This document shows positions 7,614 through 17,300 of a stretch of 64,000 nt of DNA, one piece after another. The stretch is from a virus (Duplodnaviria > Caudoviricetes): the IMG/VR virus record IMGVR_UViG_3300028920_000023; one strand, written 5' to 3'. Under the pieces are notes generated by a model that was given only the letters and a program-made list of their open reading frames with translations, was not told where the DNA came from and ran no database searches. How positions within the stretch are numbered: position 1 is the first letter of the stretch; every line of letters begins with the position of its first letter. The position numbers and the translations under genes were made by a program.

Positions 7614-8805
7614 TATGAACACACTCCTCAGATATCGGCCTAAACGAATCATCCGAATGGTAAATACCCTCACCGAGATCTAGAGCAATATCGCTGACAT
7701 CCATATCCTCAACCTCGGACCCAGCAGCATCCTCAATCTCTTCATCATCTGGAAATTCATCATCAACGTCAATATCTGTATCTTCTATCTCATCCTCAGG
7801 CTGAGTACCGTAGTCCTGAGCAGGTTCCTCGATAGGTTCTTGTTGTTTATACCTATTCGAATTACCATCGAGCATATAATCTGCCATTTTCTGGATGAAA
7901 CTAGCTGCATCTTCGCCTTCTGGCACATCTAGACGACCTTTGTCCAAAATCTTGTCATCCCTCCACAACTGCGCCATATAACGCCCCGGAACCATATTGA
8001 CCGGACGAAATCTCAACTTAAAACCATCTGACCTCTCGAAACCAATATCCTTCTTGTTCGGCAATTCCAAAGACGACCAAGAAGGAATCTCCGGACCAGT
8101 CTCTTCATCACCCAGACCACCCAGATCATCCTCCAGACCACCCAGATCATCCTCCAAATCACCTAGATCATCATCCAATTCATCATCCAATTCATCATCC
8201 ATACCTAATTCCTCATCATCGGCCTCTGTAGGGTCCTGCGAAGGAGGAGGATCACCAGCACTAGGCAGATCCTCTCCCTTGCCCCAACGATCCGGAGAAG
8301 AATAAGGATCAGAAGAAGACGGAAGGCCCTCTATAGCCTCCCTAATACCCAAGAAATCCCTCTGTAATACACCAGAAATCTCTCTGAGGCGCTCCCCAAT
8401 CTCAAGGAAATCATGGCGTTTCTCACCATCAGGATAATATCCAGCAAGCTCCATCCACTTATCAACAATACCATCCAACTGATTCTTAGCATTCTCAAGG
8501 GTATAACCACTACCTCCTGGGGTAGAACCACCATAATTCTCAGCTTCTTTGGACTGATCAGGATCTTTGATGCTTACGTCGATTTCCTCTTCTTCTCTTA
8601 TAATACCATCACTTAATCTGACCTTATCTCTTTGTAGGTTGGTATTGACCTGCTGTACGGCAACAGGCTGGTCAGGCAATGGTTCCATTCTCTGTAACCT
8701 AGAACTGGCCTTAGACATCCTGGTGTCCGAAGACAACCTCGGGTCTAAATCTTCAAGATTATCTATTTCAAGTCGCTTATCGAGTATTTTCTCTAGATTT
8801 TCCAT
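7549..8805 (-). CDS. acidic low-complexity protein, possibly head-associated
   Basis: 418 aa, D/E-rich, DDELDDELDDDLGDLEDDLGGLEDDLGG repeats; GGGAG SD. Confidence 0.75.
   Translation of the reverse strand: MENLEKILDKRLEIDNLEDLDPRLSSDTRMSKASSRLQRMEPLPDQPVAVQQVNTNLQRDKVRLSDGIIREEEEIDVSIKDPDQSKEAENYGGSTPGGSGYTLENAKNQLDGIVDKWMELAGYYPDGEKRHDFLEIGERLREISGVLQRDFLGIREAIEGLPSSSDPYSSPDRWGKGEDLPSAGDPPPSQDPTEADDEELGMDDELDDELDDDLGDLEDDLGGLEDDLGGLGDEETGPEIPSWSSLELPNKKDIGFERSDGFKLRFRPVNMVPGRYMAQLWRDDKILDKGRLDVPEGEDAASFIQKMADYMLDGNSNRYKQQEPIEEPAQDYGTQPEDEIEDTDIDVDDEFPDDEEIEDAAGSEVEDMDVSDIALDLGEGIYHSDDSFRPISEECVHNVISKRRKGRSLSLWDRCGSR
8112..8200. repeat. 21-bp and 12-bp tandem repeats encoding an acidic linker
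   Basis: CCAGACCACCCAGATCATCCT x2 plus a variant, then TCCAATTCATCA x2. Confidence 0.8.
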
Positions 8806-8809
8806 TTAC

Positions 8810-8841
8810 ACGCTCCCGTTTCTTTATCTTTTCAGGAGCAC
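8810..8841 (-). promoter_or_regulatory. RBS-sequestering hairpin with AAAAGATA in the loop
   Basis: GUGCUCCUG/CGGGAGCGU 9-bp stem (3 G-U) covering the SD; 14-nt loop. Confidence 0.65.
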
Positions 8842-8844
8842 CAC

Positions 8845-9108
8845 CTAGAGATCCAGAATACGAATATCATATTGCCCAAACCTACGAGGTTCAACCTTTG
8901 GCGTCTTCTCCTCGGTCCTAACATCCCCCTGCCCCAACCTACGCATCTCATCTAGAGCATCAGACTTAGAATAAAGCCTACCAAAGCCAGACCATCTACG
9001 CCCATCCCAATATTCCACAAAAATTGACGAACCTATCTTACGAGTTATACAAAAATGGCCCTCGACACCATCAGCGCGATCCGTAAGGAACATATCAGTC
9101 ACTTCCAT
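8845..9108 (-). CDS. hypothetical protein
   Basis: 87-aa ORF coupled to thyX. Confidence 0.6.
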   Translation of the reverse strand: MEVTDMFLTDRADGVEGHFCITRKIGSSIFVEYWDGRRWSGFGRLYSKSDALDEMRRLGQGDVRTEEKTPKVEPRRFGQYDIRILDL

Positions 9109-9989
9109 GGGGCTCTCATACCTAATGCTTCAAGCTTCTCCTCAATCTCAACACGTTCTCTATTCTTGCGTGGTTTATGATCTGGATCAATAAGCTTAGC
9201 TCCGATAGCTATAGAATATACCCCATCAATATCTCCGACAGCAAGACTATTAATAATCCTGGATTCCAGGGAGGATAATGTTATACTATTTAAAGAATAA
9301 TCTTCGAAAGCTTCCCAAGCCAACGGACACCATTTCTGGACAATCTTACCAATAACATTAGCATAGGCCCTGATTTCACATTGTGCATGGCTATCCATGC
9401 GCAACCTAAGAAAATGCAACAAATTATGCAGATCAATTTTCCAATACGCCTCAGTATAAGTCGAGAGGGGCAAATCCTTCCTAGCCTGCTCACGTGCTAC
9501 ACCCTGCTCAATCCTATACTTATAAACAGACCCAGCCTCCTCCAACAACTTCTTCTCCTGCTCAGACAAAATAGTGCCAACCCGAGCATCAAGATAATCG
9601 CCACTCCCCTGCTTATTGTCCTTGTTCTGGAAACGCCACTGACAGACTTCCGTAGCATAGGCAGAACCAATGGCGAACGAATACCTCGTAGAATATTCGT
9701 TAACAGAAGCAGTCCGATGCCGAATCCACTGTCTCCAACAATCCATAGGCACACGAACATGCAATTTGATCTCGCACATCTCAAAGGGCGTAGTATGCCT
9801 ATGCCTCATCAAATATCGAATCAAACCACGATCTTCACTAATCTTCTTGGTTCCACTGCCGTAAGAAACACGAGCAGCCTGAACAATAGAAGCATCATTG
9901 CCCATATAATCCACAACGCGAACGAAACCATTATCAAGAACATCAAAGTTATGATCAATAATCTCTTCCAAACCCTCAGAAATAATCAC
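9099..9989 (-). CDS. thyX: FAD-dependent thymidylate synthase
   Basis: VLDNGFVRVVDYMG, AARVSYG, LMRHRHTTPFEM, RQWIRHRTASVNEYSTRY, EQARKDLP, HAQCEIR. Confidence 0.97.
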   Translation of the reverse strand: MIISEGLEEIIDHNFDVLDNGFVRVVDYMGNDASIVQAARVSYGSGTKKISEDRGLIRYLMRHRHTTPFEMCEIKLHVRVPMDCWRQWIRHRTASVNEYSTRYSFAIGSAYATEVCQWRFQNKDNKQGSGDYLDARVGTILSEQEKKLLEEAGSVYKYRIEQGVAREQARKDLPLSTYTEAYWKIDLHNLLHFLRLRMDSHAQCEIRAYANVIGKIVQKWCPLAWEAFEDYSLNSITLSSLESRIINSLAVGDIDGVYSIAIGAKLIDPDHKPRKNRERVEIEEKLEALGMRAPWK

Positions 9990-10642
9990 CTCTTAATCCT
10001 CTCCTTAACTGGTAGTTTCATACGTCTCTTGAACGTCTTATCGTCCTTGCCACCAGCTGCCATCCCTGGCTTATCATGAGCATCCGTATTTCGTTTACCA
10101 CATGCCCAATGACGGTGCTCAAAAAGAGGAGAAGATTTCCTGACATTCCTTAATAATCCAAGATCTTGTAGATTATGATACAATTCAGCATCCGAAAACT
10201 GCCAAACATACGCAGGATGATAAATGAACCTATTCAATTTAAGTAGACAAGAATAGGTCATAATAGGAATAGTAACACAACCACCCTGCTGATAACCATC
10301 CTTAACCATCAAACAACCATCAAAATTCTCGAACTCCTTAAGGAGATACTCATCCCAACCCTTCGGAGCATAAAAATCATCAGAAATCAGAATAACAACA
10401 TCACCATCATTAGCAATCACACGCTTCGATAACACATTGGTAGCATGTACAGGACCTTTCTTTTGGTCCCCAACAACAAAAACATCCTTGAAATTAGGTA
10501 ACCTATCTCTCTGTTCTTGGGTGTTGACAGCTACAATAGTTCTTATCTTAGCTTTTGAGGTCTTATTAGTTATCCAGTGTTTATATGTTTCTTTCATAAC
10601 TTCTGGACGTACTGTTGGCCATAGGAAAATTATTTCCCTCAT
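9986..10642 (-). CDS. GT2/GT-A fold glycosyltransferase
   Basis: IFLWPTVRP start; VILISDDFYAPKGWD (DxD-like); YHPAYVWQFSDAEL. Confidence 0.7.
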   Translation of the reverse strand: MREIIFLWPTVRPEVMKETYKHWITNKTSKAKIRTIVAVNTQEQRDRLPNFKDVFVVGDQKKGPVHATNVLSKRVIANDGDVVILISDDFYAPKGWDEYLLKEFENFDGCLMVKDGYQQGGCVTIPIMTYSCLLKLNRFIYHPAYVWQFSDAELYHNLQDLGLLRNVRKSSPLFEHRHWACGKRNTDAHDKPGMAAGGKDDKTFKRRMKLPVKERIKR

Positions 10643-10655
10643 TAGAATCCTCCAA

Positions 10656-11378
10656 CTAGAATTTATAATTAGCCATTAAGAACTCTTTGTCCCTCTTCAC
10701 ACAAGCGTCAAAGTTAGTCAATAATTCCTGATATAAAGGACCATTCTGAGCCTGCCGGCCCATCTGATAATTAGTTTCATGAGGAAGGTGCATAGTAAGT
10801 TTCTTCAGGTTTTTCTGTTTAGTCAATTTTTTCACCTTAGTACGCATATAACAATCTTCCCAACCATAAACCTTAAACAATTCACAATGACCACCAATAC
10901 GAACAAAAGCCTCTCTAGTAAGAGCAATACAAGCACCAGGAGCATCGCGAAGACAAGATTTAAAATCAGTATTAACAACCTTCTGTACATGTCCAGGGTC
11001 GATACCAATACGCCGAATATGGTTCATACCAAGATTCACACAATTCTCACCGACCCTAACAGACTCATTGCCCTGTTTGATAGCTTCGATTATCATATCA
11101 TAATATGCAAGTCTAAATACGATATCAGCATCTTGGAAAATGAAAATATTGGTCTTAGCCATAGAAGCACCAATATTATTAGCCTTAGCCGACTCAAACG
11201 GCTCAGGGACAAATTTTTTACGAACACCCTTAATATCAGCTAAATTTATATCCTTCTCCATAGCAACCACAATACATTCCAAATTACTCCTCTTCAAAGC
11301 ATGCCTCAATACTATCTTAAGATTTTCCGCTCTTCTATGTGATCTATTAGAGAATCTGAAAATCACAGATGCTGTCAT
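10656..11378 (-). CDS. GT2/GT7C (galactosyltransferase-like) glycosyltransferase
   Basis: ANNIGA..AKTNIFIFQDADIV; FVRIGGHCELFKVYGWED. Confidence 0.8.
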   Translation of the reverse strand: MTASVIFRFSNRSHRRAENLKIVLRHALKRSNLECIVVAMEKDINLADIKGVRKKFVPEPFESAKANNIGASMAKTNIFIFQDADIVFRLAYYDMIIEAIKQGNESVRVGENCVNLGMNHIRRIGIDPGHVQKVVNTDFKSCLRDAPGACIALTREAFVRIGGHCELFKVYGWEDCYMRTKVKKLTKQKNLKKLTMHLPHETNYQMGRQAQNGPLYQELLTNFDACVKRDKEFLMANYKF

Positions 11379-12319
11379 CCGAACACCCTCTTAATCGCAT
11401 TATCTAGTTGGGAGAACCTACTCTCGCAACTATACTGACGACCAGGACCACCCAACCATTCCTCGATGCGATCTAGATAGCCCTGATATTCGCTATCCGG
11501 CATCTTCTCGCAAAAATCAAAAGCTCTGCTAAAATCAGAAATATACTTCCTGAGATCTATAAAGGTGCCTGGGGGAAGCAAACTCTCAACATTATAACAC
11601 CCAAAATAAATCGGCACAGAATAAGAAAAGAAAGCATGCCAAATCTTCTCAGTCAAATAATTGATACTATATACAGGATGATAAGTATTCTCAACAGCAA
11701 AAACAAACTTAGCACCAGCCATCAACTTCCTAGCATCATTAAACTTAACAGGAGAACCCCTATGACCCTGTATATAAGCCTCGCCACCATAATTCGGATC
11801 ATCCTTAGGCCAGGCCGTACCAAAATACCTAAAAGAACGTCCCCTACCAGCATTCACAATTCTCTTTCTAAGATAACCTACATTACACTCCTCATTACCC
11901 GGTTTCTTATCACCCTTATTACCCAAAACCATACCAAAAGTATGATCTATTTTCTTGCTCTTCTTAATCTCCTCATAATCATTATATTCACAATTCCAGT
12001 GAGTACCAATCTGAATCTTAGTGCAATTTTTATCATTAGCATATTTGTCATTAAAATGAAACCTATGGCTCCATTTAGTGAAATTTTTCTTCCAATTCAC
12101 ATACTCATTTCTAAGATAAGTATAACTCTCCCAGAACAAGCTAGCCTTGTGAAAATTACCACCTCTCCAATTATATCCATTGGTCGTAAGCCACAAATCG
12201 CCCTTTCTTGGCATATTCTTATGGCCATTTAACCAAGTATTCTGAAAAGGAAGACCAGCCAGTTTAGACAACTCAAACTCGGCCTCTAACGGACTCCAAG
12301 AAGTATACAGCACCCTCAT
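11375..12319 (-). CDS. GT10 alpha-1,3/4-fucosyltransferase-like protein
   Basis: KFVFAVENTY..NYLTEKIWHAFFSYSVPIYFG alpha-1,3-FucT motif; adjacent to fcl. Confidence 0.8.
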   Translation of the reverse strand: MRVLYTSWSPLEAEFELSKLAGLPFQNTWLNGHKNMPRKGDLWLTTNGYNWRGGNFHKASLFWESYTYLRNEYVNWKKNFTKWSHRFHFNDKYANDKNCTKIQIGTHWNCEYNDYEEIKKSKKIDHTFGMVLGNKGDKKPGNEECNVGYLRKRIVNAGRGRSFRYFGTAWPKDDPNYGGEAYIQGHRGSPVKFNDARKLMAGAKFVFAVENTYHPVYSINYLTEKIWHAFFSYSVPIYFGCYNVESLLPPGTFIDLRKYISDFSRAFDFCEKMPDSEYQGYLDRIEEWLGGPGRQYSCESRFSQLDNAIKRVFG

Positions 12320-13323
12320 CTGTCATCCCCCGCAGTCTCGTACCAAGAAATCGTATCCCTAAGACCCTGTTCAAGAGAAACCTCACTAGACCAACCCGCA
12401 ACCTCACGAAAATTCGAAGAATCGACATTCCGCCTAGGCTGACCATCGGGTTTAAGATTATTATAGACAAAATCACCCTCATAACCAATAAGATTAGCTA
12501 TGAGATCAACCAAATCCCTAATTTTAATCTCCTCACCAGAACCAATACAAAATGGACCTATATCCGGTAAGCCTATTGACTTGATTATAGCATTGGCACA
12601 ATCATCAACATATAGAAATTCTCTGGTGGCCTCACCAGTGCCCCAAATCTCGACTGAATCTTTGTTCAAGGCTTTGGCTTCGAAACATTTTCGAATTAGA
12701 GCTGGTATAACGTGGCTAGTATTGAGGTCGAAATTATCTCTAGGACCATATAGATTAGTGGGGATCAGATATACGGATCTGAATGAGTATTGTTGTTGAT
12801 ACGCCATGAGCATAGTCAGAAGTGCTTTTTTGGCGATACCGTAGGGTGCATTGGTTTCTTCTGGAAAGCCATTCCAGAGGTCCTCAATTTGGAATGGGCA
12901 TTTTGTGAATTTTGGAAAACTGCACACTGTGCCTATCTGTATAAATTTCTCTACACCTGCTTTCATACTCTCATGAATAAGATTCAGACCCATAGCCATA
13001 TTATTATAGAAAAAATCACCAGGCATATCCCTATTCGCTCCAATACCACCAACATTCGCAGCTAAATGAATAACCACATCTGGTCTATGGATTCTCAATA
13101 ATTGTCTAATATCTTCTACAATAGTCAGATCATAAGGACCAACATATTGCGTCCTATCTGGTGAATAATTACCATGAGTTCTAGATGGTACTATGATTGC
13201 TTCTACGGGGTAGGTTCCAATTAGTGAGGTCAGACGGGATCCCAAAAAGCCAGTTCCGCCTGTGATTAGAATTCTTGCTCCTGATAAGTGCGATATTAGG
13301 ATTCTTGCTTGCGGTATGCTCAT
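12316..13323 (-). CDS. fcl: GDP-L-fucose synthase
   Basis: ILITGGTGFLG, HLAANVGGIGAN, PEETNAPYGIAKK, PTNLYGPRDNF, SHVIPALIRK, GTGEATREFLYVDD, PDGQPRR; ATG at 13323 with GGAGAG SD. Confidence 0.95.
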   Translation of the reverse strand: MSIPQARILISHLSGARILITGGTGFLGSRLTSLIGTYPVEAIIVPSRTHGNYSPDRTQYVGPYDLTIVEDIRQLLRIHRPDVVIHLAANVGGIGANRDMPGDFFYNNMAMGLNLIHESMKAGVEKFIQIGTVCSFPKFTKCPFQIEDLWNGFPEETNAPYGIAKKALLTMLMAYQQQYSFRSVYLIPTNLYGPRDNFDLNTSHVIPALIRKCFEAKALNKDSVEIWGTGEATREFLYVDDCANAIIKSIGLPDIGPFCIGSGEEIKIRDLVDLIANLIGYEGDFVYNNLKPDGQPRRNVDSSNFREVAGWSSEVSLEQGLRDTISWYETAGDDR

Positions 13324-13367
13324 TATTGGCTCTCCAAGGTTCATACCTATATATCATGAGCCAATAA
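13323..13367 (-). promoter_or_regulatory. hairpin covering the fcl SD and the A of ATG
   Basis: Perfect 10-bp inverted repeat TTATTGGCTC (13323-32)/GAGCCAATAA (13358-67); GATATATA in the loop. Confidence 0.7.
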
Positions 13368-13376
13368 CATCAGGAA

Positions 13377-13721
13377 TTATAACTGTCTAAGAGCAGAGTC
13401 CAACCTATCATCTAGACTTTGGGGTTTATAATTAATAGTCGCTAACGGTTTCTGATCTTTAATACTAAGAACTTGCTCGTTACAATTATCCTTGTTCCTC
13501 GACCATTCATGATTACAATCTGCACAGTGATTCGGTTCTTCTTTATTCCCAAGAAGAACATCTTCGGAATCACATTTTGGACATCTAATTTTATTCTCTA
13601 ATAGGTTCTTAGCGGAACTAATTCTAGCCGCAGTAGTATTAAGATTGCCTTTCTGGAGATGCAGAAGACCCTCTCTCAGGCATCGGATAGCGCTATTTAG
13701 TCTCTTTCTTGAAATATTCAT
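13377..13721 (-). CDS. hypothetical Zn-ribbon protein
   Basis: CPKC..CADC; GGAGG SD; CAAAAATA at 13736-13743. Confidence 0.65.
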   Translation of the reverse strand: MNISRKRLNSAIRCLREGLLHLQKGNLNTTAARISSAKNLLENKIRCPKCDSEDVLLGNKEEPNHCADCNHEWSRNKDNCNEQVLSIKDQKPLATINYKPQSLDDRLDSALRQL

Positions 13722-13730
13722 AATTCCTCC

Positions 13731-14306
13731 CTAGATATTTTTGCTGTTAATATTAATTCCTTTACGTCTTCTATACATCACGATTTCCCTCATCTTATCC
13801 GGCACTTTCTCCATCTCCTCCTTGTATCGCTGATGAAAATACTCTATATAAGCGAAATGTCCAACTATAATATAATCACAACCCACCTTGTCCCTACAAA
13901 AACGAAGAGCATCCCTACGCAATACCTTATAATCCTTATTATACAAAACCATCCTATGTGGAAACGTCAACCTATTAGGATTATAAGTCTTAAACATTAC
14001 AAAATCAGGCAAAGGCCTAAACAACTTCTTAGTAGCATTACTAGATATCTGCTTATGGACCCTCTTTACATCCTGAAGCACATGTGGAAAAACCAATTTC
14101 AAGAACTCTACAAGATCATCCCTAAGCCCCTTCTTAAAAAGTGCTTTCTCAATCTGAATCATCTTATCACGGTTTTTACTACAGGTCTCATTCTTAGCAA
14201 GATGATTCATCAAATCCCTATGAAGATCCTTCTCACGTTTCAACAGCCAATCATGAAAGGCTTTCTCATGGGATAATGCACAAAATTGACTAGTTCTTAT
14301 GTTCAT
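13731..14306 (-). CDS. hypothetical protein
   Basis: 191 aa, translationally coupled to the upstream gene. Confidence 0.6.
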   Translation of the reverse strand: MNIRTSQFCALSHEKAFHDWLLKREKDLHRDLMNHLAKNETCSKNRDKMIQIEKALFKKGLRDDLVEFLKLVFPHVLQDVKRVHKQISSNATKKLFRPLPDFVMFKTYNPNRLTFPHRMVLYNKDYKVLRRDALRFCRDKVGCDYIIVGHFAYIEYFHQRYKEEMEKVPDKMREIVMYRRRKGININSKNI

Positions 14307-17300
14307 GCTTCTATATATGGAAAAACAATCATCTCGAATTCATTGGAGAAGGTTCTAGCTTCTTCTAATAATTGTTCATATGCATCAGGACTAGACTCCC
14401 TCAAGGCATCAATAATTGTCCTAGAAACAACACCAGTCTGACTCCGCACTACCGAAGATGGTCTAGCAGTAAAATACGCATCCACATCCAAAGCAGCCAA
14501 CTTACTCAAAAGAATATCCTGTAAATCCGGATCGCTTATCATTCTAGTAGTCGTAGTCCCACTAAATCCAGCAAAATTCTTTCCATCTAAAGTGGGGAAA
14601 CCCCAAGCCGTAACCAAACCTACCTGATCTAGACTCTCCCTAATACATTCCGTATCTCTAGAGAAAGAAGCTTTACACTCGAACTCATCCGAAATAATAT
14701 TCCTACCATCATCACTAACGCTCCCACGCACAACCACATACTTCAATCCTTCTGACTCCGCTATAAAATAACACATGGAATTATTCTTAAAGAACTGATT
14801 CAAACTACGAATAAACGCCGGGCCAAGATCACAAGAGAAATCAGCCAACGGATTATAAGGATCTATCGGGGCCGAACCTATTGTATCATCACCAGTATCA
14901 ACTGGTATATTCGGATCTTCTGGTTCCTGCGTATTGAAACATTCAGATCTGAATATCCTAACAGTCAGTTTTCCATTTCTCTGATTGTATTTGCTTAAGT
15001 CTGTAGAACCATAATCGACCCATAACCTGATCTCACCACCCGCATGAGAGAAACCTATGGTAGATTTCTCATATACCGAGAAAGCTTCCTCGATAGTCTC
15101 AAATTGTCCTAGATCTACATTGGTTTTAGTTCCTATAGATGATAATGGTGTACCTGTCGGCAAATTCTGGAATCTATTATATTGCATATGGAAAAAGCCA
15201 GTATACCCATAAGGAATCAGATCCTCCTGGCCCAACCGGTAGGACCTATAGCCACAGCAACAATCAACAAGCTGAGCTACATAAGATCCAACTTCCAATT
15301 CTGCCCTAGCTTGTACTGTACCTCCGCCAGTCTGAAAACAATCCACCTCAATATCCATAACCCCATTTACACAATCTGGGGTATCATCGATACAAGACAC
15401 CTTGACAGATATATTGCCCGTATTAAGAGTTGGTACGGTCTGAATACCGTCAGTGAAGGCCTGCGAACTATCAACATCATCAAAGAATATAGCGACTTGT
15501 CCACCAACGGCATTGATCTGGAATTGCCTACCAATATAGGCTGCTCTAGCTTCATCATTAGTCTTGAAACCTTCAACAGGTAAAATAGGTTCTTCTCTAG
15601 CTTCCCAGTCATCATTTATAATATAATAATTTTTTGTATCATCATCCTTAAGGGTCTTAATAGCAACCCAAGAAGAACCAGCAAAACCCAACTGAGGCTC
15701 AACACCCCTATAGACGATAGTAACGACACCAGAATAAGGACGGAACGACCCACCAGCTTTCAGAAATAAGCTTGTTGTATCTAAAACGAAACCTGGCAAC
15801 TGGCCAGCAATAGCCTGTCTCTCTATTTCACCAAGATCATTCAGATACCCTTCGGCTTTACCCGACCTAGCATCGTACGTAAATGGATAAACATCTAGGA
15901 GATGCTGAGTTTCAATCTTGCTTGTACGCCATCTCTCTACGAACTCATCCTCGTTGCCAGCAACCGCAGCAGAATGCATAGCCTGGGTTATTATAAGCGC
16001 ACCACCACTGCCCGTATTATTTAGAGTAGCAAAATTATCGAATATACAACAAGCATCGGTAATCTCAATAAGATGCTTCCCAGAACCAAGCTCTAAAATA
16101 ATCGGCTGTAAAGGATCTGTAGAATCTATTTCAAAGGGATTAAGAACCTTGTTAGGATTATTAGGGTCTTTGGGGAACGGCGTAAACTGTAAAGTATTCT
16201 CCTCGCCAGTCACCTCAATCTCAGCAGCAGCACCAGGAGTACAGGGCTCAGCCTCGTCCGTAATATCCGTTACAGGAGGTTCCTCGGATTCTTGTGGGAT
16301 GAGTGTGATAACAATCTCACCCTCACGAGCCGAGGGAGGATCCAAAGACTCATTAAATGGATTAGAATTAAACAAACCAGAATACCAAGCCCTAACCTCG
16401 CCGCTCGTAGTGAAATCTAATGGATTCGTAGTTACGTCACCTTCGCCAATTATTCGCTCAGTCTGTTCATCGAGACCTATAAAATACTCCTCAGAATCCG
16501 CCGATGTCCTAAAGGCACTGGGTATTGAACTGACCTTCTTATCATTAAACTTACTAGGATCACTCTGATCAGAAAATTTGAAAGTAACCTCGCCAGAATA
16601 AGGCCGATTATCCAAAGCAGCCTTCTTCAGATCTGGGCCAAAATTACTCAGATCCCCAGAATCAACTTTATCCTCAAGTTCACCCCAAGCATACCTACTC
16701 AAAGCAATCTTATCATTAGGAGCCCGCAACAAAGGCTGCCTAGGAATCTCATAACAACAACAATTCGTATACGTAATCCGATAAGTACCAGCAGGAACCT
16801 CAATGTTAGCAGCATTCTCCTCAGAATCGTTATAACGACAATTAATAGTCAGAACATACTCTACAGGGGCTGTACCACCACTTCCCGTACCCCCGGTACC
16901 GCCCGTACCATCCTGCGGAATATCAGCCTGATTATCCTCTTCTGGACAATCCTTATCAACATTCGTCTCCACATTCTGCCGAGCATTCTGACCATCAATA
17001 CGAATACCAAGACCATCCCTAGCAGCATGAACATTAATATCCTCAATACGCCTACGCTCCCTAGCATTCTCCCTCTTGGACTCACAATTCTCAATAGCAC
17101 AACACAAAGACTGCTTCTGCTCATTATACACACGAATCAAAGTACCCAAATACTCATTAACAACAGCCTCCTTAGTCTCCTTCATCTGCAAAAGTAATTC
17201 CATAAACCTATTAAAAATACGATCCTCTATAACCGTCATATCAATATAAAACAGACGAGAAGAACAAAAAACCTGACTAATCCTAGTAGTAGTAATATCC

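Noticed and set aside
7549-7673. Frameshift at the 7549/7613 overlap
   Set aside because: The downstream gene has its own GAGGAG plus ATG at 7613; a simple 65-bp overlap.
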